The position numbers and the translations under genes are program-made. From a virus (taxonomy: Duplodnaviria > Caudoviricetes), in IMG/VR virus record IMGVR_UViG_3300009151_000084, positions 1 to 57,205 of that record: a stretch of DNA of 57,205 nt; one strand, written 5' to 3'. This document shows positions 52,470 to 57,205 of the stretch, in pieces (position 1 is the first letter of the stretch; every line of letters starts with the position of its first letter). The notes under the pieces were generated by a model that saw only the letters and a list, made by a program, of their open reading frames with translations, did no database searches and was not told the DNA's origin.

Positions 52470-52799
52470 ATGCCAAGGTTCCTTGATACCTTCGGAAACA
52501 GCACGCTAAGTATCTTCATCTGCGACCGATGCAAGATGAAGAGACCCTATTCTGATATGCGCCCCGATGGTAATATACCTGCTATCAAAGTATGCAGTGA
52601 AAGTTGCTCGGATCAGTTTGATCCATATCGGTTGCCGCCAAGACAGCCAGAGAAAATTTCAATCAGATTCCCGCGCCCAGATTTGGATGTCGCGGTGAAT
52701 AATGATGCAATAATTACTGAAACACTAGGAAATAGCCCAATATCTCCTGAGCAAGGCAACACGCCAAATAATGGCAACCTCAACAATTTGAGTCCTTGA
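52470..52799 (+). CDS. Zn-ribbon hypothetical protein
   Basis: ICDRC...VC..C.D...P...RFPRPD. Confidence 0.7.
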   Translation: MPRFLDTFGNSTLSIFICDRCKMKRPYSDMRPDGNIPAIKVCSESCSDQFDPYRLPPRQPEKISIRFPRPDLDVAVNNDAIITETLGNSPISPEQGNTPNNGNLNNLSP

Positions 52800-52801
52800 T
52801 T

Positions 52802-55800
52802 ATGGCTGATATTAGAATCTCGCAATTACCCTCAGCGCCGACCGCCATCACTGGCACGGAGCTAGTGCCGATCGTTCAGAATGGTCTGACGGTTCAGACA
52901 ACGGTCGCCGCAATCACCGCGAGTCCCTCTCAAAATCAACCATTCTTGACCGTGAGTCAGCAGCCAACCTTACCGAACAGCCGATACTTTTCGGCAGGCA
53001 CAGGCTTAGGCATTACTGATGGCGGCGCTCAGGGTGCGTACACAATCGCATTCAATGGCACTGCGGCTTCATTAGAGGCGTCAGGGACGGGCTTTGCCGT
53101 CAAGACAGCCGCTAACACCATCACGCCACGATCGCTTGCTGTGAGCGGCAATGGCATATCCGTCAGCAACGGCACAGGCATTAGTGGTAACCCTACATTT
53201 TCGTTGTCTGGTCTGCCCTTGGCGCTTGCCAATGCATCAGGCACAGGCATGTTGGCAATCAATGGTTCGGCGCTCTCGCCTGTCACGATCACAGGCACCT
53301 CTAACCAAATTGGCGTGGCAAACGGCAATGGCGTAGGCAGTCCGACCATTAGCATCGTGAACGATCCTGTGATCTCGGGCAATGCGGGGCTTACGCTACC
53401 GATTGGGACGTCCGTGCAGCGTGTCAACACCACTGGGGCGGTGCGCCTAAATAGCGACCTGACAGCCTTTGAGGGTTACAACGGCACGTCTTGGACGCAG
53501 TTCCTGACGAGCGCTCTTGCATCATTCAGTGCAGGCACAACGGGCTTTACCCCCAATACCCCCACAACGGGCAATGTTGTCTTAGCGGGAACTCTTGGCG
53601 TTGCTAACGGTGGCACAGGATTGACTTCTGTCACGGCTAATCGAATCCTTTATGGCAACGGCACAGGTGCGTTAAACGCCTCTGCTAACCTGACCTTTGA
53701 TGGTACAACGCTGACTACGCCAAATGATGCATCGATTAGTGGTTTTACAGTTGGCAGAGGCGGCGGTGCGGTTACCTCTAATACTGCTTTTGGTACATAT
53801 AATTTAACCAAAAACACAACTGGTACTAATAACACCTCCATCGGATATTTTGCATTGTATTTAAATACAAGCGGCGGCGGCAATACGGCGTACGGATTAT
53901 CTGCGTTATTAGGAAACACCGTAGGTAGCAATCAAACAGCGGTCGGTTATCAAGCACTAACTAACGCAACCACTGCTGTAGCAACATTTGGTTCAATCAC
54001 GGCGGGATCAGGCTATACCAACGGAACTTACACCGCAGTATCAATGTCTGCTGTTAGTGGTGCAACTTTTAACACTTACCCAACTGTCACGGTAGTGGTT
54101 GCGGGTGGTGTTGTCAGCACTGTTACTTTGGTCACAGCAGGGTACGGCGCAACATCAACAGCAGCAACCGTTTTAACAGTCGCAGCAGCCTTAATCGGTG
54201 GCACAGGTTCTGGATTTAGTATTCCGGTGGCTACGTTTGCAACTGCTGCACAAAACACGGCGTTTGGTTTCAACGCACTGACTGCCGTTACAAATGGTAA
54301 TGGCAATACGTCTTTAGGTTACCAAGCGGGTTCAGCATTAACAACAGGAAGCAATAATTTAATACTTGGTAATACCGCAGCGGCATCCACTACAACAATT
54401 AGCAACGAAATCACGCTAGGCAATTCGTCAATCACATCGTTTAGAATCCCCGGTTTATCTATCACCGCAGCCCCTAGTGCGTTGGGGATTGGTACTACTA
54501 CACCCAATGTAAATTTAGAGGTGGTTGCTCCAAACTCATATTCCGTTGCAAGAGCTAGTAGCAATACAGGTTTTTCATTAGTTGGGGCGTTTGCAGATGA
54601 TTATTTTTCAACCCCGACATATAGAGCGACTCAGTTACAACAATATAGTTCTGCGGCAACAGGAACAACTTGTGGTATTGCAAATGCTAATTTAGGGTCG
54701 CTTGCTTTTCAAAACACCGCCGCCAATGCTTTAATTTATACCAATGGCGGAGCGGGAATTATTTTTGCTACTCTTGGCGTAGACCGTGGGCGGGTAACTT
54801 CAGCAGGACTATGGTCACTTGGTGCAGCTTTTGGCTCTGAATCCCTGCGTGTCACGCCTGTTGCGTCTGCGGTGAATTATGTAAATGTAATCGGCGCAAT
54901 TACAACAGCCTCACCCGCAATCCAAGCTGCGGGGTCTGACACTAACATCAACCTAACGCTTACTCCCAAGGGTACGGGAACTGTCACTACAGCCTCTCAG
55001 CTTACTCTCACTAACGCAAGCGACTACAACCTGTACGCTAGTGGTGCGGGCGCTAACTACTTTGCGGGTAACGTAGGGATTGGTATTACTAGTCCTGCGG
55101 GTAAGCTTCACGCTGTTGGTGACGTTATTCAACAAACATTTTTAAGTAGTAGCGGTTCGTATGTTTTTCAATCAAGAAAAGCTAGAGGCACAATAAGCGT
55201 TCCTACCGCAGTAGTTAATGGAGATGTTATTGGCGGGTTGCTTGGCGGCGGATACGATGGTTCAGCCTATAGATTTACTTCTGCAATAGAATTGACCGTA
55301 GATGGCGCAGTTTCTGCCAGTAATGTTCCGCAAGCGATAGTATTTAGCACAGGAACAACCACAGGTTATACAGACCGTGGGCGGGTATCTTCAGCAGGAA
55401 TATGGTCGCTAGGAGCCGCAGCAGGTTCAGAATCCCTGCGAGCAACGCCTGTTGCTAGTGCGGTGAATTATGTCGAGGTCTTCGGTGCAATCACAACTGC
55501 ATCACCCGCGCTTTCAGCGGCGGGGTCTGACACAAACATTGGTATGCGCTATTACACAAAGGGCACTAGTTCGCATATATTTTATACAGGCGCAACATCA
55601 GCAGTTCAATTTCAAGTTGTCAATACAGTAAACGCAGTTAATTACATTACCGCAACAGGAAACAGTATCGGCAGCGCACCTGCACTTCAATTGCAAGGTG
55701 CGGACACAAACATTAGTTTTAATTTAGTTGCAAAAGGCACTGGCAATCTTAATTTCTTAACTGGCGGTGGGCTGTTTACAACACAGTTTGTTGTATCCAA

Positions 55801-56371
55801 TACCACTTCAGCTGTAAATTACATAGAAGTGTCGGGCAATGTCACGACAGGGCTTCCAATATTGGTTGCAAGAGGCGCAGACACAAACGTAGGTTTAGCA
55901 ATATCATCAAAAGGCACGGGCAGTTTAATCTTTAGCACTAACAGCACAACCGCAGCGCACTTTGTAGTAGCTCATACAGCCTCAGCAGTTAACTATTTGC
56001 AAGTGACGGGTGGGGCTACAACCGTTGGCCCAACGCTATCTGCACAAGGCTCAGATACAAATATCAATGCTATATATGCTACTAAAGGCACAGGCAATCA
56101 TTATATTGGTTCCAACGTAAACGGATATCAATTCGCTGTAGTTACAACCGCCACTGCTGCAGTTAATTATTTATATGCCACGGGTGCAGCTACGGGTGTT
56201 GCTCCGAGTATGAATGCAGCAGGCTCAGACACCAACATCGACCTAACCCTGATACCAAAAGGCACGGGCGTAGTCCAATACGGCACATATACCGCAGGCA
56301 TTGTTGCCCAGACAGGCTACATTACAATCAAAGACGCAGGCGGCACATCCCGTCGTTTACTTGTAGGATAA
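52802..56371 (+). CDS. Long tail fibre protein with six C-terminal AVNY repeats
   Basis: MADIRISQLP, GTLGVANGGTG, NTA.G..AL repeats, GIGTT.P, six [SNA]AVNY...G.DTN repeats. Confidence 0.8.
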   Translation: MADIRISQLPSAPTAITGTELVPIVQNGLTVQTTVAAITASPSQNQPFLTVSQQPTLPNSRYFSAGTGLGITDGGAQGAYTIAFNGTAASLEASGTGFAVKTAANTITPRSLAVSGNGISVSNGTGISGNPTFSLSGLPLALANASGTGMLAINGSALSPVTITGTSNQIGVANGNGVGSPTISIVNDPVISGNAGLTLPIGTSVQRVNTTGAVRLNSDLTAFEGYNGTSWTQFLTSALASFSAGTTGFTPNTPTTGNVVLAGTLGVANGGTGLTSVTANRILYGNGTGALNASANLTFDGTTLTTPNDASISGFTVGRGGGAVTSNTAFGTYNLTKNTTGTNNTSIGYFALYLNTSGGGNTAYGLSALLGNTVGSNQTAVGYQALTNATTAVATFGSITAGSGYTNGTYTAVSMSAVSGATFNTYPTVTVVVAGGVVSTVTLVTAGYGATSTAATVLTVAAALIGGTGSGFSIPVATFATAAQNTAFGFNALTAVTNGNGNTSLGYQAGSALTTGSNNLILGNTAAASTTTISNEITLGNSSITSFRIPGLSITAAPSALGIGTTTPNVNLEVVAPNSYSVARASSNTGFSLVGAFADDYFSTPTYRATQLQQYSSAATGTTCGIANANLGSLAFQNTAANALIYTNGGAGIIFATLGVDRGRVTSAGLWSLGAAFGSESLRVTPVASAVNYVNVIGAITTASPAIQAAGSDTNINLTLTPKGTGTVTTASQLTLTNASDYNLYASGAGANYFAGNVGIGITSPAGKLHAVGDVIQQTFLSSSGSYVFQSRKARGTISVPTAVVNGDVIGGLLGGGYDGSAYRFTSAIELTVDGAVSASNVPQAIVFSTGTTTGYTDRGRVSSAGIWSLGAAAGSESLRATPVASAVNYVEVFGAITTASPALSAAGSDTNIGMRYYTKGTSSHIFYTGATSAVQFQVVNTVNAVNYITATGNSIGSAPALQLQGADTNISFNLVAKGTGNLNFLTGGGLFTTQFVVSNTTSAVNYIEVSGNVTTGLPILVARGADTNVGLAISSKGTGSLIFSTNSTTAAHFVVAHTASAVNYLQVTGGATTVGPTLSAQGSDTNINAIYATKGTGNHYIGSNVNGYQFAVVTTATAAVNYLYATGAATGVAPSMNAAGSDTNIDLTLIPKGTGVVQYGTYTAGIVAQTGYITIKDAGGTSRRLLVG
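54781..55539 (+). repeat. About 168-bp imperfect intragenic duplication in the tail fibre
   Basis: 54781-54948 versus 55372-55539; both begin AGACCGTGGGCGGGTA and share GAATCCCTGCG, TGCGGTGAATTATGT and GCGGGGTCTGACAC. Confidence 0.85.
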
Positions 56372-56373
56372 AA

Positions 56374-56547
56374 ATGAACATACCTCTTAGCCTCACCCCC
56401 GAAGAAATTAACTTCATCCAACAGGTGCTAGGTGAATTGCCATCGAAGTCGGGCGCATTTATTTTGATGCAAAAGATTAAACAACAGTCTGACGCTGCTG
56501 CTATCACCCAAGCCCCCGTAACCCCTATACCGCAGGTGCCACTATGA
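56374..56547 (+). CDS. Small helical protein (57 aa), possible fibre chaperone; not in ORF track
   Basis: L.PEEIN.I...LGELP......L..KIK.Q; AGGA RBS. Confidence 0.65.
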   Translation: MNIPLSLTPEEINFIQQVLGELPSKSGAFILMQKIKQQSDAAAITQAPVTPIPQVPL

Positions 56548-56861
56548 ACTGGATCATCAACTCACTCTCAGTAATGAACACGCCCGAACCACAAACGGCT
56601 GTCATGTCTAACTTCACCATCAACGATACGCAAGACGGATTAACAGGCTCAGTGACGTATGCGGTTAACTTGCTACCTGCCGATGCTAGTAACTTTACGC
56701 CCTATGCGAATATTACCCAAGCACAAGCGATTCAGTGGACTCAGGATGCTCTAGGCGCAGAACGTGTCGCAGACATGGAAACTGAAGTGCAGGCGCAGAT
56801 TGACGCACAAAAGATTCCAACGCCGCAACCCGCACCATTACCTTGGGCAGCAGAGGCTTAA
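56544..56861 (+). CDS. Tail-fibre assembly-like protein
   Basis: FTPYA.IT......W...ALG...C-terminal LPW. Confidence 0.65.
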   Translation: MNWIINSLSVMNTPEPQTAVMSNFTINDTQDGLTGSVTYAVNLLPADASNFTPYANITQAQAIQWTQDALGAERVADMETEVQAQIDAQKIPTPQPAPLPWAAEA

Positions 56862-56864
56862 ATC

Positions 56865-57194
56865 ATGGCACAGAGCGGTTTTACCCCGATCCGACCGTAC
56901 TACAGCACGACGTCAACGAACGTGCCGACGACTGGCAATATGCTCACAGGTGAGATTGCCATCAACACTGCTGACCGTGTCATCTACACCAAGGACGGTA
57001 CAGGCGCAGTGGTATCAATTGGTAATGGAGCGACAGGTGGCGGTGGTGATCAGATATTCGTGCAGAACGGTCAGACGGTGAACAACAGTTATTCAATACC
57101 CTCGGGGATTAACGCCATGAGCACTGGCCCGATTGCCATTGCCTCTGGTGCGGTGGTGACCATTCCTTCTGGGTCTGTGTGGGCAATTATCTAA
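56865..57194 (+). CDS. Short fibre-related protein
   Basis: P....L.GEIAINTAD..IY.K N-terminal fibre motif; NAMSTGPI...VTIPSGSVW.I. Confidence 0.7.
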   Translation: MAQSGFTPIRPYYSTTSTNVPTTGNMLTGEIAINTADRVIYTKDGTGAVVSIGNGATGGGGDQIFVQNGQTVNNSYSIPSGINAMSTGPIAIASGAVVTIPSGSVWAII

Positions 57195-57205
57195 ATGGGA
57201 CTGCG

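Noticed and set aside
54781-55539. Diversity-generating retroelement TR/VR pair
   Set aside because: Both copies are in frame within one gene, differences are not adenine-specific, and no reverse transcriptase is present.
1-57205. Amber stop-codon reassignment
   Set aside because: Core genes are intact in the standard code, and TAG ends genes at sensible places (e.g. 11994, 22807, 28009).

Overview
Most of the genome of a tailed dsDNA phage (Caudoviricetes, podovirus-like gene set). It is probably near-complete, since both window edges fall inside the tail-fibre/glycine-rich gene cluster. The host is probably a Gram-negative betaproteobacterium (inference only). Layout: tail-fibre accessories and lysis (1-3.2 kb); tail and ejection proteins (3.2-13.4 kb); a leftward early operon (13.5-16.6 kb); a symmetric bidirectional promoter; a rightward replication/recombination operon ending in a GREB1/TET-associated-type glycosyltransferase (16.7-22.8 kb); small accessory genes separated by two families of hairpin+RBS repeats (22.8-29.4 kb); structured non-coding segments and a G-quadruplex-like tract (29.5-30.5 kb); terminase; two giant multi-domain proteins; portal, GroES, scaffold, capsid; and tail/fibre genes (30.7-57.2 kb). 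I recognised no integrase, DNA polymerase, tRNA, CRISPR or reverse transcriptase. Top candidate for an undescribed system: a hydrophobic-x-x-Gly-Gly peptide signal that recurs in at least seven head/ejection proteins and punctuates the two giant proteins between enzymatic modules, suggesting tagged or proteolytically processed virion cargo polyproteins. All product calls come from recognising motifs by eye; no database searches were run.
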